A stretch of DNA of 64,000 nucleotides from Octopus sinensis (taxonomy: Eukaryota), in assembly GCF_006345805.1 (NCBI RefSeq), contig NC_043001.1, positions 52,824,001 to 52,888,000 on the forward strand, in the 5' to 3' direction. Shown here piece after piece: positions 25,916 to 40,486 of this stretch. The first letter of the stretch is position 1. Every line of letters begins with the position of its first letter. A model generated the notes under the pieces. That model was not told the origin of the DNA, made no database searches, and was given only the letters and a program-made list of their open reading frames with translations. A program made the translations under genes and the position numbers.

Positions 25916-27045
25916 GAACGACTACAAGCACACATGCAGATACATACTTAACACCTAAATGAACATCTAAATACACCAACACACACAGACGCTCTCATTT
26001 ATGTATATATCTCTAATCATATACCATAAATAACTTGTTAAGAACTGTATATAATTATGGACTGATTTTGAATGAGCGCTTTTAAATACTCTAATGTAGT
26101 TCATGCTTGTATCTAGAATTTGCATGTCTGACCAAAGAAAGAAGTCAAATTTTATTCTAACCTCTTTATATATCTAATATATTTCCGGCGTTTTGCTTTC
26201 GAGAATTTGAGCTAGATCCGCCTCTTAATCCATTAAATCTCTCATATTTTTTTCCTGCCAGTTTTTGCAGTTACATATTACTATGTATGGAGTTACATAT
26301 TAACGTGTAATATAAACATATTATATCTAGAGGTTTTCGAAGCATGTGCGTTTGGTGCATGTATTATATTCATGAAACAAATGTAATGCCATACATGGAA
26401 ATAAAAAGCTCCTATATGTATATTCATAAAATGCGCATAGGCACACACTCACGAAATACTAAGCTTAGTCTTTGACAACCATCAAGTATATATAACCAGT
26501 CACTAATATACACATATATTGAGACATGCATACTAAAAAGTGCATACAGATTCTCAACATGAATACTTATGTGTATAACAAAGAAAACTAACCTTTCTAA
26601 GAAGGGATCGACTAAATACCATATCAATTTTCTAGAAACAGCAGTGAAACCTACATTTAATTAAATTCTGCAGGTTTTTACCAGAAGGAAAAGGATGTTA
26701 ATAATGTAATTCACGTCATAGCTGAATTACATGTTTGTTCATCAAGTTTGACCAAAGTTTCAATAAGACCACCACCACACCGGTAGTTGGCTTACGTCTA
26801 TACTGCAGTTATCGATCTGATCTTAATTTAACGATAGCTCTTTTCACCAACATATTGAACGCATACATCACAGGATGCAGTACCTGATACAGATCCCGGA
26901 TAAAATTGAGCAAAACCGTGTACAGTTATGGCAACATTAGTCTGTGAACAAACTTTGATGATCGTTACACACAGAGACTTTCTCACATTACACACACACA
27001 CACACACGCACACACACATACACGCACACACACACATATACACAC

Positions 27046-27090
<45 letters not shown>

Positions 27091-27552
27091 GTAAGATCCA
27101 GAGGTCCAAGCGCAGGAACTATCGAGCTTCAAGAAGTCAATGGCAGGAAAAGAAATTAACAAAAATGGACACTGTACGGGGAGCAACAATAAAACTTTAT
27201 TAGCATCGAAGGTTACGCACTTTTTCCCAAACCGAAGTTACGAGGAAATTCAATAAGATGAAAGTTTCTGGATAGCTCATGGTTAGCAACTAGAGTTGCT
27301 ATGAATAAGTATAAAAATCCCAAATTTTTGATCTGGAACTTTCTGTTTTGTTTTTTACTTATTGATCGTATAATTTTTCAAAGTTTTAAAACTTTTCTTT
27401 TCTACTCTTCCAGCTTCGCCACTCATTTCAACTGACACGAATAATCGTCGTGAAGTAATTGTTACATCGGAGGATCAGCTAGTTAAGAAACATAATTAGA
27501 CTAGATTTAACCCTCTCCATTCCATGAATTTGGATATATACATATATATATA

Positions 27553-27580
27553 CAGGGTGCGGTGAATAAACTGTCATCTA
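27553..27580. mobile_element. Solo Tc1/mariner TIR remnant
   Basis: TA|cagggtgcggtgaataaactgtcatc resembles the left TIR at 19699. Confidence 0.45.
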
Positions 27581-27884
27581 AATTAGACAAAAATGAAAAG
27601 GGTGCAAAAAAGAATTAGTCTGAAGAGCAAACGTAGTAGCAGAGTGAGTGTGATTGTTATCAGGGAAGGGGAGTACAGCATTATGTAAGCGATAAATATG
27701 GAGTGACAATGGGATATAAACGAAAACACAGCTGTCATATACACGCGATGCTGCACAAAAACTTTCGTAAATACATAAATACATGCATCCTAACACACAC
27801 ACACACAAGAAAAGTGGGTGTGATGAATATGTAGATTTAAGGAGAGAGGGTGTAGATGATTTTTATACTCACATCAGACACACA

Positions 27885-27943
<59 letters not shown>

Positions 27944-29025
27944 CATACATTACGAACGTACATACATATGTCTACAATACACCATTTTCTACTCCTGATT
28001 ACCTTGTGTACATCATTTGTAAAACTCTGTGTGCACGTGCACGTGTGTGTATGTTTGTGTGTGCGTCCTATAACTGTCTATCTCTCTACTTGTGTAGGGT
28101 TCTCCCTGTTGCTGTCACATATTGTGAACTTTTAAAATCACGTCAAAATTTTCAAATTTAGTATTTTGAAATAATTTTCCACGTGAAATTTGATTTTGTT
28201 ATTTATTTGTTCCAGAAAAATTGCAGAAAAATGTGACAAAGGTTTAAAATTTAATCAATTTTTACCTAATCAGAAAACACGATTTGCAATCTGGCGTTTA
28301 CAGCATGCTAACTGTCTATTACAAAATCAAATCGAAATCATTACGAGGAGGAATTTTTATTAAACAAAGCATTACGACGACCAAAGTTCTAAGAACTTCT
28401 AAAGTGTTAATATATTTTAATGCATAAAGTCGTGTAAAACGGACGAACAGACATGTAAATAATTTAATAAGGGAAAAAATATTCACCTAAGTTCTTTTGC
28501 AAAAAAATTAACAAACCTGTTCTGATCAAGAGGCCTATCTGTCGGGGAAAGCATGCTTTGACATGGAAGAAATGACTTTTCTGCATTTAAAAACATCGAG
28601 TTTTCTTCTTTTGTAACTCGTGGTACAAAAACTTTCTTCCCGAGACTTTCTATCAGCACCGATTTTTCGACAAAGACACTTCAACATGGAAGGTTAATCA
28701 CCTGAATACAGTAAATAATGAATTTATTCTGTGAGAATATTTATGGTTAAGGGGAGGAGGTATTAGCTAGGATAAGTGACCTAAATTTGAGACTGCTGCA
28801 TTATCAACGAACGCACCTAATCAGTTAGGTGATCAGCCCATAAGACAGGTAATTGGATAATCAATCTATAAATCAGTTATCCTAGTGGTCATTTAAATAA
28901 GTAAAAGTAAACATCCCTAATTAAATTAAAAGTTTGAAATTTAATACAGGCTCTTAGCACAATTTGATCATGCATTCAGACACACAAAAAATTCAACATA
29001 CTTGTACTTGCGTATGCACACACCC

Positions 29026-29161
<136 letters not shown>

Positions 29162-29202
29162 AGATATATATATATATATATATATATAGATATATATATC
29201 TA

Positions 29203-29490
29203 TCTACAATATGTTACATTACTCGGTAGTCAAGATAAAACTCTGAGTTTCAGATGCCGAAGTGGAAATCCACAACACCATCTCTTCGGTATCTGGCTAT
29301 TTGAAAACGTTATGAAAATTTTTTCATAACGTTTTCAAATAGCCAGAAACCGAAGAGATGGTGTTGTGGATTTCCACTTCGGCATCTGAAACTCAGAGTT
29401 TTATCTGACTACCGAGTAATGTAAACATTGTATAGATAAATTTCCTCTATTTACATAATATTGAGGTCTCTTTCTTTCTTTTGTTATCTT
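29203..29490. repeat. Near-perfect ~230-bp palindrome of a pLTR-like sequence, flanked by (TA)n
   Basis: Arms 29203-29318 and 29321-29436, centre tatgaaaa-tt-ttttcata; about 2 differences over the inner ~100 bp; the right arm continues to gaggtctctttc...ttatc. Confidence 0.9.
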
Positions 29491-29503
29491 ACCGTTTTAT
29501 CAA

Positions 29504-29535
<32 letters not shown>

Positions 29536-30130
29536 CATATACATATACACATATGTACACTCACATACACGTATGCACACTAGCATACAATATTCATAGA
29601 CTCAAGTACACCCAAATCTATATACCCAATCAATTATGTTATATATTATGTCATTATAGTAACCCATGCATGAGTACATACATGTGCTGGCTTCAACAAC
29701 TGGTCCTCTATGCATGCATTAATACACGTAATAAATATATTAATAGCACGTAGATAAGTGCTAACTTTAAAACAAATATCAAGTAAATATATAACTAAAA
29801 GAGGCTGTAGGGTGTGAATTTAGTATTAAAATGTTAAATAGTTATTTCGTGTGCGGGGTGAGAGATAGCAAATTCAATAGGAAGTCTCCATGAAATAGAA
29901 GTAGACCAATGCTGACTTAATGTGGTCTAGAATAAACAGAAGTGAAGTAAACCAACAATGAATATGGCATGGTAAAGTACATTACAAAATTAAGACAAAT
30001 TCATCCATTACTATGGCGTAGGATGAAGATAATATTAAGTGGGGATATGGTAGGTGAATGGATACTCAAATATCAGAGGTACAGTAATATGCTTTGTTTA
30101 AATGCAGCAGAAATTTGATGCTTTTAATAA

Positions 30131-30218
<88 letters not shown>

Positions 30219-30223
<5 letters not shown>

Positions 30224-30935
30224 GTGTACATTTACACATATAAAGTGCCTAACAGGACACCTAGCACGCTTGAAGGACCAGTCAAAATCTAAACCACGGT
30301 TAGGGGTAATTTCGAAGCGAAGGAAAAATGAATATATTTACCATATTTTGTTACTAGACCATGGATTCGAAATTTGATTAGCAAATAATATATATTGCTA
30401 GGCCAAGTTCTCATCATCGGGTACGCCAAAGCTAACATAAATATGAGACAAAATAGCCCATATCTCATCTTTAGATATTATAATTTTTCCAACGTACCGC
30501 GCAAGCACAAATTTTTGTTGACAGCCAATAAAATGTCGACTTACTTCAAAATTACTAAAATCATATTAGGAAGAATATACAGAGTAGGAAAATTATAGAA
30601 ATATTTCTACCAGTGGCCTAGGATGCAGAATATAGTCAATAGACTATATATTATTCATATAAAATTAGTGTACATTTAAACACATAAATGGTGCCCTGAC
30701 AGGACACCTAACATGCTAGACGGACCAGTCAAAATCCAAACCACGTTTATAAAGGTGAGACATGGGGTATTTTGGCTCATGTTAATCTTTGGCGTACCCG
30801 CTGATGTGAACTATGATCCAGTAACAAAATATGGTAAATGTTTTTATTTTTCATTCCCTTCGGAATTACCCCTAACTAGTCCTTCTAGCATATCAGGTGT
30901 CCTTACAGGGCACCTCCTATGTGTTTAAATGTGTT
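30219..30935. mobile_element. Fold-back/MITE-like element with long imperfect TIRs and an internal extra terminus
   Basis: 30219-30475 is inverted relative to about 30750-30935; 30663-30745 directly repeats 30219-30298. Confidence 0.65.
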
Positions 30936-30949
30936 TTATTCTTGAGTAA

Positions 30950-31170
30950 GACACTTTATTTCACGTTGCTCCAGTTTACTCAGCTGTAGAAATGAGTTGT
31001 GACATCACTGGTGTATCGACATTGCCTTTCTCTTGGATAACATCAGTGGTGTGAAGAGGAGAGGCCCGTATGCATGGGCGACTGCTGGCCTTCAATAAAC
31101 AAACTTGCCCGGACTTGTGTTACGGAGGGTAACTTTCTAGGTGCAATCCCATGTTCATTCAGGACCGAAG
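30950..31170 (+). mobile_element. SINE body (third family), 5'-truncated
   Basis: cacgttgctccagtttactcagctgtagaaatgagt...tatgcatgggcgactgctgg...gtgcaatcccatg; recognised from recall as a cephalopod SINE central domain and tail. Confidence 0.55.
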
Positions 31171-33469
31171 GGGGTTCCCAACTACTTCCCTCTAGGGAAG
31201 AGCTAAATTTGCCTGCCTGCACAAGGGTAAATTTATTTCCTGTAGATATAAATAATTTTAGGCATCTAATATGCATCTTCACCATTAGTGGCACCCATAG
31301 TCCGTCACCACAGAAATGAGAGAATTAAAGCTTGTTTAATAGATTTACGTACCTAGGTTCATTTTTGGTATCCTAGCATGAATATCCTTTCACTTAAACC
31401 ATCGAAGATTAAGGACCCTATCTCCCAAACGAAATAACTAAATTATATTATCTTATATTATATTATATTGCATCATTTTACTACTCAATCTTTACACCCT
31501 CTGATATTCATATAATGTCAGTTCTCTTAACCCTTAACATAAATTTAGACTATAAAGTGCACAAGTATCCATAACTCCTCCTTCCCCGCACAACAAAATA
31601 ATCATTTAGCATATTAATACTAACATTACACTCGACACCATCTTTTAGTTATGTATTTTCTTGATTTTCGTTTTGAAGTTAACACTTATCTACGTACTAT
31701 TAATATTGCTATTATATGTATTAATACATGCATGGAGGACCAATCATTGAAATTGGCATATGTATGTACCCATGTATGGGTTAATATAACGATATAATAT
31801 ATATTATGATTGAATGGGTATATAGGCGCATGTGTACTGAGTGCATGGTTATTGTGTACGAGTGTGCATACGAATGTGTGAGTGTACATAGTTACATATA
31901 TATATATATATACATACATATGGGTGTGTGCATACGCATGTATAAGTATTTTTGTGTGTGTATGAATGCATGAGCAAATTGTAGTAAGAATTTGCATCCT
32001 TAAAAATAATTTGCAAGTATTTAAATTTTTAAATTGTAATCATTAGTTTAATTAGGGATGTTTACATTTACTTATTTAAATGAACACTACGGTGACTGAT
32101 TTATAGATTCATTATCCAATTGACTGTGAAATTATCATTGTCCAATTGTCTGATGGGTTAGTCAGCTCACTGATAAGATGCACCAGATAGTAGACCAGCA
32201 GTTTCTAATTTAGGCTACTTCTCCTAGTTATTACCTCCCATTAACCATAAATATTTACCTAATTTTCCATAATATTTATTTTTTAATCTAGTATATTCTG
32301 TCCTAAGCGTGTTAGGGCCACTTGCAACATACACGTTTTTCTATTCATTTATTTATTTATCTTACCATGTATAACGGTCTCAATACAAAGTCTCCTGTTT
32401 TTAAATTGCGACTGACCAATTATATCGAACACTGGACCTTGGCGTCTCTCAGTTTGAACAACAGGTGGAATGGCTTAACCATCTACTAGTAAATAAGTAA
32501 CAAAATTACATTTAATCTATTAGCACTTTATTTTGATAAATACTATTAATTAGTAATATAAAAATAATTATCAAAAATTATTATGATTAAATTAAAACGT
32601 TATTGTATATTTAACATTCTGCGACTAAAAACTATTGGCATATGCCACTGCTATTTTATATTTTTTTTATTTATTTATCATATCCCCCAGTACATAGAAT
32701 TCATCTACCAAATGCTATTTTAAGTTTAGTAATTTAATTAACATCCCAAATAGATAGACAAGCAAAATAGTAAGATTACAACCATATTCAACTTTTTCTT
32801 CTTTTTTTTTTATTCTGACGCTCCATGTTTCAGATAGGTTTTATTACCAAATATGAAATTTTGTTTTCATATCAATGGCAATGCCATACAACATTGGAAG
32901 CAGAAACAGGTGTTAGAGGTCATGCAGTCTATTTGTATTGAATATGTGTGTGTGTTTGTGTGTGTGTTTGTGTTAGAGTGGCTCTTAAGTAATTCTTAAG
33001 AAGTTACAATTTCGCTGCTTTCACCCACTAATCCTGTTCCAATAAACTAAATAACGGGGTGTGCAAAAGTGTCAGCTTAATCAGACAACTGCTAGTCCCC
33101 GCTGGAATTTGGAAGATATATACGCAACGATTAATTATATTTAAAAGCGGTATATTGTTTCCTTTCAGCGCTATTTCCCTAATTAGATTAAAGATTGCGC
33201 TTTAAAATTAAAAAATTAAAATTTAAATACTTGCAAATAATTTTTACAGATTATTTTTATGTTGATTGATTTTTTTTTATAGATTACTGTTATGTTGACT
33301 CATCCAGGCAACACCAACAGATGTTTAAAATCGATCTGAAGCAAATTTACCAATAGCTGATATGACAAACCCCTGAAATAAAATGAAACAACTTCAAACT
33401 TCGTAGGTTTCCTTAATAAAGCCCATAAATCCTATGAGAGAAGCGCATTTTTTGCAACAATATTTTCTA

Positions 33470-33696
33470 TAGAATCAAAACTATAATGTGAACACTGAAC
33501 ACAGAATATTGAAAATTATTTTTGAATAAGAGAGGATTTAGTGGCAGTCGGGTAACGATCTGCAAAAAAAATTGTTTCTCAGTTTCAACTTTTGAGAGAA
33601 TGCTATTGTAATCCTGAATGACTTTGACACCTCCTTCTGCAACATCGTTCACAACAAATGTCTTCTCAAGTTTTTCAAAACTACTTTTATGACTAA
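33470..33696 (-). pseudogene. C-terminal remnant of a DDE transposase, interrupted by a Helitron
   Basis: KTFVVNDVAEGGVKVIQDYNSILSKVETEKQFFLQIV matches the widespread VVNDxAERGVKLxxxYN...KQFLLQVV transposase motif; superfamily not assigned. Confidence 0.6.
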
Positions 33697-34080
33697 CTAG
33701 CAGTACCGCCCGGCGTTGCTCAGGTTTGTAAGGGAAATAACTATAAAGCATCTTTAGAGAGTTATAGCCAAAAAATAGCAAAAAAATGGAAAAAAAATGA
33801 TGGTAAATTTTTTTGAGATTTAAAAAAGGTGGAGTTGCGTCCCCTAGACAGTTTGTGGTTCGTGTTTCTGATTCTCGACCCCATATTGAATTTATCGATT
33901 TTTTTCAGAACTGGGGGAACTTTTCAAAATTTTCGCTGCGTTAGTTTTGAATTATGACATTGGGCTATGTGTGTGTCAAGTTTCATCAGAATCGGTTGAA
34001 AGCCGTGTTCAGGGTGAGGGTACAAGCAAACAGACACACAGAAACACGCACAGACAAACTGCCGTTTATATATAGAGAGA
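33697..34080 (-). mobile_element. Non-autonomous Helitron
   Basis: Minus strand starts TC and ends hairpin + CTAG, inserted between A and T; 3' ~130 bp homologous to 50701-50995. Confidence 0.85.
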
Positions 34081-34395
34081 TGATTAATTTAGTAACATAC
34101 CGCCAAATAAAAGTCTGCGAACCTTTCAATTCAGTCCAATATACAAATTCAATGATTGGAATTAATCCCAAGATTAGAATAAAATAATATATTGAATAAT
34201 ATTGGCCAGAATCTCATTTCTAACCCTGATGATATTCTTCATAATATTATTCAAAATGCTATTTTATTTTTATCTTTGGATTTATTCCAGTCTTTGAATT
34301 TGCAATTGAATTGTGTATTGGACTGAATTGAATGGTTCATGGGCCGTATGTTAACAGATTAATTTTATATCCTTACCTACTCCCCATTCTTTTTC

Positions 34396-34463
<68 letters not shown>

Positions 34464-35516
34464 TGTGTGTGTGTGTGTGTATGTATATACATTGTGATAT
34501 TATACTTCACAGTTTCCTGTTGTTTTAATAGTTACATGTTTACAAGCAACCTGTGATAATAGTTATTACTGTAATCATGAAACAATTGTAAAAAATTTAA
34601 ATAAATGTAATATCACAAATTCAAACTTCAACTTTTATTATATATACTCATTGGTGGGAAAGAAAATTCTTACTTTCTGTTTATTCAGTAAAAACTGTTT
34701 CCTGGGGAATATTTCATGTTTACAAAGTTTAGAAGGACAGTGGCTCTAGGAGCGTTTCCTAGATAACCGACTCCAAAACATCTTACAGATTTATGTACAC
34801 ACACACACACACGCATCAAAACCACACAAACACACACATACACATAAACACACGCACAGGCATGCATGTATACATGCGTATTGTATATAATGTCTGTGTG
34901 CAGAACGATTATTGCAGCTCTTACACGGATTCACTAGATGGCGAAAAAAAGAATTTGAAATAGACACTCGAGACATTTCGATGAGAGCAGTACAGTTATG
35001 CACATGAAAAGGACTCTCTTGGTTCATTTTTTAAACGTCTAAACAAATGTAAGAGAAACAAATTATCAGTAAAATTAAAATGATTATTGTTTCAAATTTT
35101 CTAATGCTTGACAAAACTCGTTCCAATAAACCACCAAACAAATATAATTACTATAAAATGTAATACTTTTTACTATGATATTCAATTGTATTAGAGCATT
35201 AGATGCAACAATTTGTTTAAGTTGATTTGAAGAATTTGATTGTAAATATATTACTCTTCGAAATGAAGATGCTAAGTGACAAGTAAGTGGCATAGACACT
35301 TTCGGTTATGTAGTTGAGTTCACAACAACAGCATGCTTATGAAAGTGCTGCATGCTGCACGGGATTTAAGGGATCTCTTTATCAAATGATCAAACGTGGA
35401 GTTCAGATATTTACTGTGGTTGTCTGTTCAATGAAAGCTGTAGGGCTATGCTGATGACAGTACGGGCCTGATTCAGGTATATATATATTCTAAAATAGAG
35501 AATACAGGAAATACCT

Positions 35517-35731
35517 TTCTAGGCCGGAATTTGGACACTAGGCCGGAATTTTCTGTGGAGGGGGCAAGTCGTTTAAGTTGACCCCAGTACGCAACTGGTA
35601 CTTAATTTATCGACCCCAAAAGGATGAGCAAAGTCGACCTCGGCGGAATTTGAACTCAGAACGTAGAGACGGACGAAATGCCGCTAAGCATTTCTCCCGG
35701 CGTGCTAACGTTTCTCCCAGTTCGCTGCCTT
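35517..35731 (-). mobile_element. tRNA-derived SINE (family B), best copy
   Basis: Complete head (cgttagcacgccggg...gagttcaaattccgccgagg) and tail; local ctaggccggaattt duplication at the 3' end. Confidence 0.85.
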
Positions 35732-36548
35732 CGAGAAGTAAATGATACTTCCTAACTGCACCTGCTGAATTAGTGAGGAGAAAAGTACCAAGCTGGTCAA
35801 CTTTCTACGTGAGTTGATATAAAAATTAGAATGTCAAAGAAAACCAGACATTGACATTATTTTGATATGTTACCCGTACGAAAATTATTTAAAATATTAA
35901 TTAACTGAGAATGAACATGCAAACAAAAATTAAGTGGTGCATCATCTCCAGACTTAATGGCTAAAGATACTTCACTAATTTTGACATACATGTAATACTA
36001 AATCAGAGAAACATAATTATGTTCCGGCTACATTGTATTAAGTAGTAAGTTTTACTGTTTTGGTTTTGTAATTTACTGGCTTTAGTTATTAGATTTTGAT
36101 ATTCTATAAGAACGTATTCAAAATAATAAATTATAGCTACTTCAATATTGGACTACAAATTCTTGTGAATAACGTGTGTTTATTTTTGTATGCTTTCTTT
36201 TCCTTTAAGTATGTATGGAATATATGAAATTATAATGAATATCCTTTTTTTATACATATATTGAAATCTACATAGATAGAAGCGCAATCAAGCTACGTAA
36301 GGTATAAAATTACACTTTTATGACAAGACATTAAAATTTCCTGGTCCAAAATTTCGTTTTATCCTTAGGGTTTGCATCGCATAAAAATTTTGAAAAGGAA
36401 TGTCGAAAATTGTGTATTTAAAGTGCATAATGTGATTTTTAAATACATATACGCGTGTACAAACCTACATATATATCGAGTGTATATCGAGTGTACAAAG
36501 ATGATGGGATATATAAAATAAATAAACAGAAAGTGAACAATGCCTCCT

Positions 36549-36592
<44 letters not shown>

Positions 36593-36656
36593 TATTGATA
36601 GATAAATAGATAGATAGATATAGATATAGATATACATACATATATACATAGATACG

Positions 36657-36704
<48 letters not shown>

Positions 36705-38299
36705 GATAGGTGTATAGATGGATTAAACGAAAAATATTTTAAACAACTTTCATAGTTACACCTATTTCTACTAAAAGGAAAATTGTATGAACATGAAGAA
36801 CATACTATATTATCATTCATCTGTTGATTTATATAATATGTTGTATCTGAAAGCAGCGACCTGGCAGAATAGTTAGCACGCTGGGTAAACTGATTTGTGG
36901 CATTTGTACCATTCCCTCTTTCTTTACTCTCCTTCTTTACCTTCGACTGTTCTCACCTTCAATATTGCTGAGTGCCGTGGGCTACTTAGATGAAAGAAAA
37001 CATTATAAAAATTCGATAACAAGAAAAGTAGACGACGTGACAGTTTTTGATTATTGGGATCATCTCCAGAAACTCCAAAGCTATTGCTTCATCTGCTGCT
37101 GTGAGCGTTATAACATTTTTGTTATGTGGGAAATATTCCAACAACGGTGTCCAAACGATGTTGTCTTCAACATTAAAATTCACCAAGGCTTCGTATTCGT
37201 GTAATCGATCCTATACTTTCGCGATAATATCAAAACGCCGAGAATATTATTACTGCTCAATGCTCTGTGAACATTGTATGGCTGCAGCCGAGACTACGAC
37301 GCCGTGATCGAAGATCTTCTCAGAGTCACAAGGATAAAGGTATGCACTAGGTTTTGGAGAAGTTTTAAAGCCGTGGTGGCAGCTGAGGGCGATTAGTTTC
37401 AGTAAACTATTAACAACTAGTGATAACATAGTTTCTATGTTTTGATTTCTTATATAATTTTAATTTTCACTAGGAAATTGTTTTCTTGTCTTTTCTTTTA
37501 TACAAACTGTCAAATTTATACCGAACACTGTACACACACACACACACATGCACACACATATGTATGTGTGTATACATATAAATGTATAGATATAAATATT
37601 TATACATATATATTCATTCTCAATTACACACTCACAAATACACACAGATACACGCACGCACACACACACATGTATAATCAAAAGATCTAAAATATATAAC
37701 GGAGAATAATACGTCTCCAACATTTGTTGCCATTATATTTTCCCCATTAAATTCACATATTCCAATGTTTCTGCAGTATAATTGTCCCCATGTCTGCTAC
37801 TAAGTATATAAAACATATGAAGTATAAAGAGATCATTCTAGGATAAAATAATGCTAGAACAATTAATATATCGTATTTCAAGACAATCTGCACTGCCATG
37901 TACTCTAAAATGTTATAATCCGTCATCACGAATATATTCTAATAGGTATATATAACACTGCTTTCCTCCGATCGCTTTACCCAACACGTAGGTAAAATCT
38001 TGACTAAAGCTGCATCGGAATGTGTACACAGTATGAACATAAATACTACATGAAGGGAGATTAAGAAACTTATGCAGCGGAAACACGTGTCGGATTGGCT
38101 TCTAATGTGAATTTAATGAGAATATTACTATAATAACAAAAAATGAAGATGCATTTTAATTCTGGATTCTTCTTTATGATTTCACAATTGCTTACCCTGT
38201 ATACTGAATGAAATTCAATAATTGTAACTCAGAATTTACGTATTCAGTGAGCTAGTGTGTAATTGTCTTTCTTAAATAATTCTGTATGCCCTCTATCGT

Positions 38300-38870
38300 T
38301 CGATGTACCTAGCCAGGTCAAGTATATATCACAGTGATGATAAAGTACCTGCCTGGATTACAAGTCTCTATTCCTTTAAACATACATACATTCATACACA
38401 TACATACATTCATACATACATACATACATACACACATACATACATACATACATACATACATACATACATACATACATACATACATACATACATACATACA
38501 TACATGCATACTTGGATACGTACCAGACCTGATATTGTTCTGTAAGACAGGGAACCAACATCAAGCACTGTTGTAAAGGACTGCTGCCTGGCGGATATGA
38601 ATGTACAATCAAGTGAAATAAGGTCAAGGAAGAAGAGAGCATTGATGGCGAATTCATGCGGAATGTACAACTCTTGTACCCTGAATACGAATTCAAAATT
38701 TTACCTATCATCATAGATGCATTAAACTATGTACCAACAACGTTTCAGAAAAAGAACTAGAAATACTCTGTTTCGTGGAAAAAGAGCGAAAGAAACAGAC
38801 GGGATTTCTCCAAATCTACTCTATTAGTGTCACAGAGAAAATGTGTAAGACATACCAAAAATTCCTCTTG
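38300..38870 (+). mobile_element. 3' end of a decayed REL-endonuclease non-LTR retrotransposon (R4/Dong-like), with (TACA)n expansion at 38380-38505
   Basis: TRPDIVL (PD-(D/E)xK), then GEFMRNVQLLYPEYEFKILPIIIDALNYV and SISVTEKMCKTYQKF. Confidence 0.75.
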
Positions 38871-40189
38871 TGAAATACTTAATTGAATTAATACACGTAC
38901 CTGTAGGGATGCATCAACAGTTCAACCAACACATCAGCTCAACCATAAATTTACAAACACCGGGATCTGACGTAACTTAAGATGTTTTGTCGCTTTGTAT
39001 ATATACACGAAAGTATTTAAGGGTAAGCCCAATTGTCAACCCTAACATAGAGTTGTTAAAATTTCAAAAAGTGGAGTAAATATCATTTTGTGTTTAATGA
39101 TAGGCAAGAATAGCATAATCATATGAGTACTTTCTCAAGATCATCATTAATTCAGTAAACCTACATTGTATATATGGTTATAATATCAAATAATTTTAAA
39201 ATAATAAAAAATAACAATGATATTGATAATATATATATATGTGTGTGCGTATGTACACTTGTTTAAGAGTATGTGTGTTTATTTGTGGGTGTAGGCATGT
39301 AATAATATGTATTTCTATATATGCATATATATGTGCATAATAGCTTGAGATTACGTATAAAACATCAAATATATAAGCGGTAATTAAAAAGTCTAGCTTA
39401 ACAAAATTTGTCATTAAACTTCAAAGCGCAATATCATTGCAGTACATTCAAGTAGAAAACTGTTCTATGCTTATGGATAATCTGCTACAACAGTTTTCAC
39501 GACCGGTGTATATTGAGAATAAAAATTACCTTACATATTCCACAATTAGATCAATATTTAGTTACCTTCAACAGCTGTTTCATTAGAAACAACATCATAA
39601 TTTCTATACTCACAAAGTTAAAATACATGAATATTTCAAATATTACTTAACATAATTAACATACCTACATCAGCTAATATATATGACTGAAAATGAAATA
39701 ATTAAAACAATATTTATCCGTATCCTCATGAATACTGCAGCCATAACACGCTATAGTTTTAAACTGAAGTGCAACAGCGAACTTATCATTGTGATTAAGA
39801 AACTGGCCTTTAGAAAACGTAGTATCGGGTTTAGCCCCAGTGTGCAGCATTTTGGGAAAATGTACTCTAGTATTGCCCAAACCGACTAATACGCATTATG
39901 TGTGTATTTGGCGATGGAATCGACATACAGACATGCATACATACATACAGGATGACTGTCCCCTCATGACCGAGGAAGGTGCGCTCTAGGACTAAATAAT
40001 ATTTTGCATGTGCGGCTCCGTTGGTTGCTAATGAGCTCTCCTCTTGTGAAGCATACACGATTGCAAACATTGCGAACCAAGCTTTCCCCACTCACTACAC
40101 AAGCAGTGCGCTTTCGAGCAGCACGCCTAAGTTCTTCATGCAGACTACTTGCTATCTCAATTCTTGACTCACTTCTTAACATGTGCTTT

Positions 40190-40319
40190 CTCCATATATA
40201 TATATACATACACACATACACACATACACATATATGTATATATACATACACATATACACACACACATATATATATATACATACACACATACACATATATA
40301 TATATACATATATACATAC

Positions 40320-40362
<43 letters not shown>

Positions 40363-40373
40363 CATACATACAT

Positions 40374-40417
<44 letters not shown>

Positions 40418-40428
40418 CATATATATAT

Positions 40429-40483
<55 letters not shown>
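40190..40483. repeat. Compound (TA)n/(CA)n microsatellite, representative of dozens in the window (e.g. 2872-2935, 4182-4242, 29027-29200, 30134-30219, 51209-51370)
   Basis: Directly visible; source of most listed YI/HT/CV ORFs. Confidence 0.98.

Positions 40484-40486
<3 letters not shown>

Noticed and set aside
28520-28722. Minus-strand exon-like segment with in-frame TGA (possible selenocysteine)
   Set aside because: No recognised selenoprotein motif or SECIS, and alternative frames read equally well.
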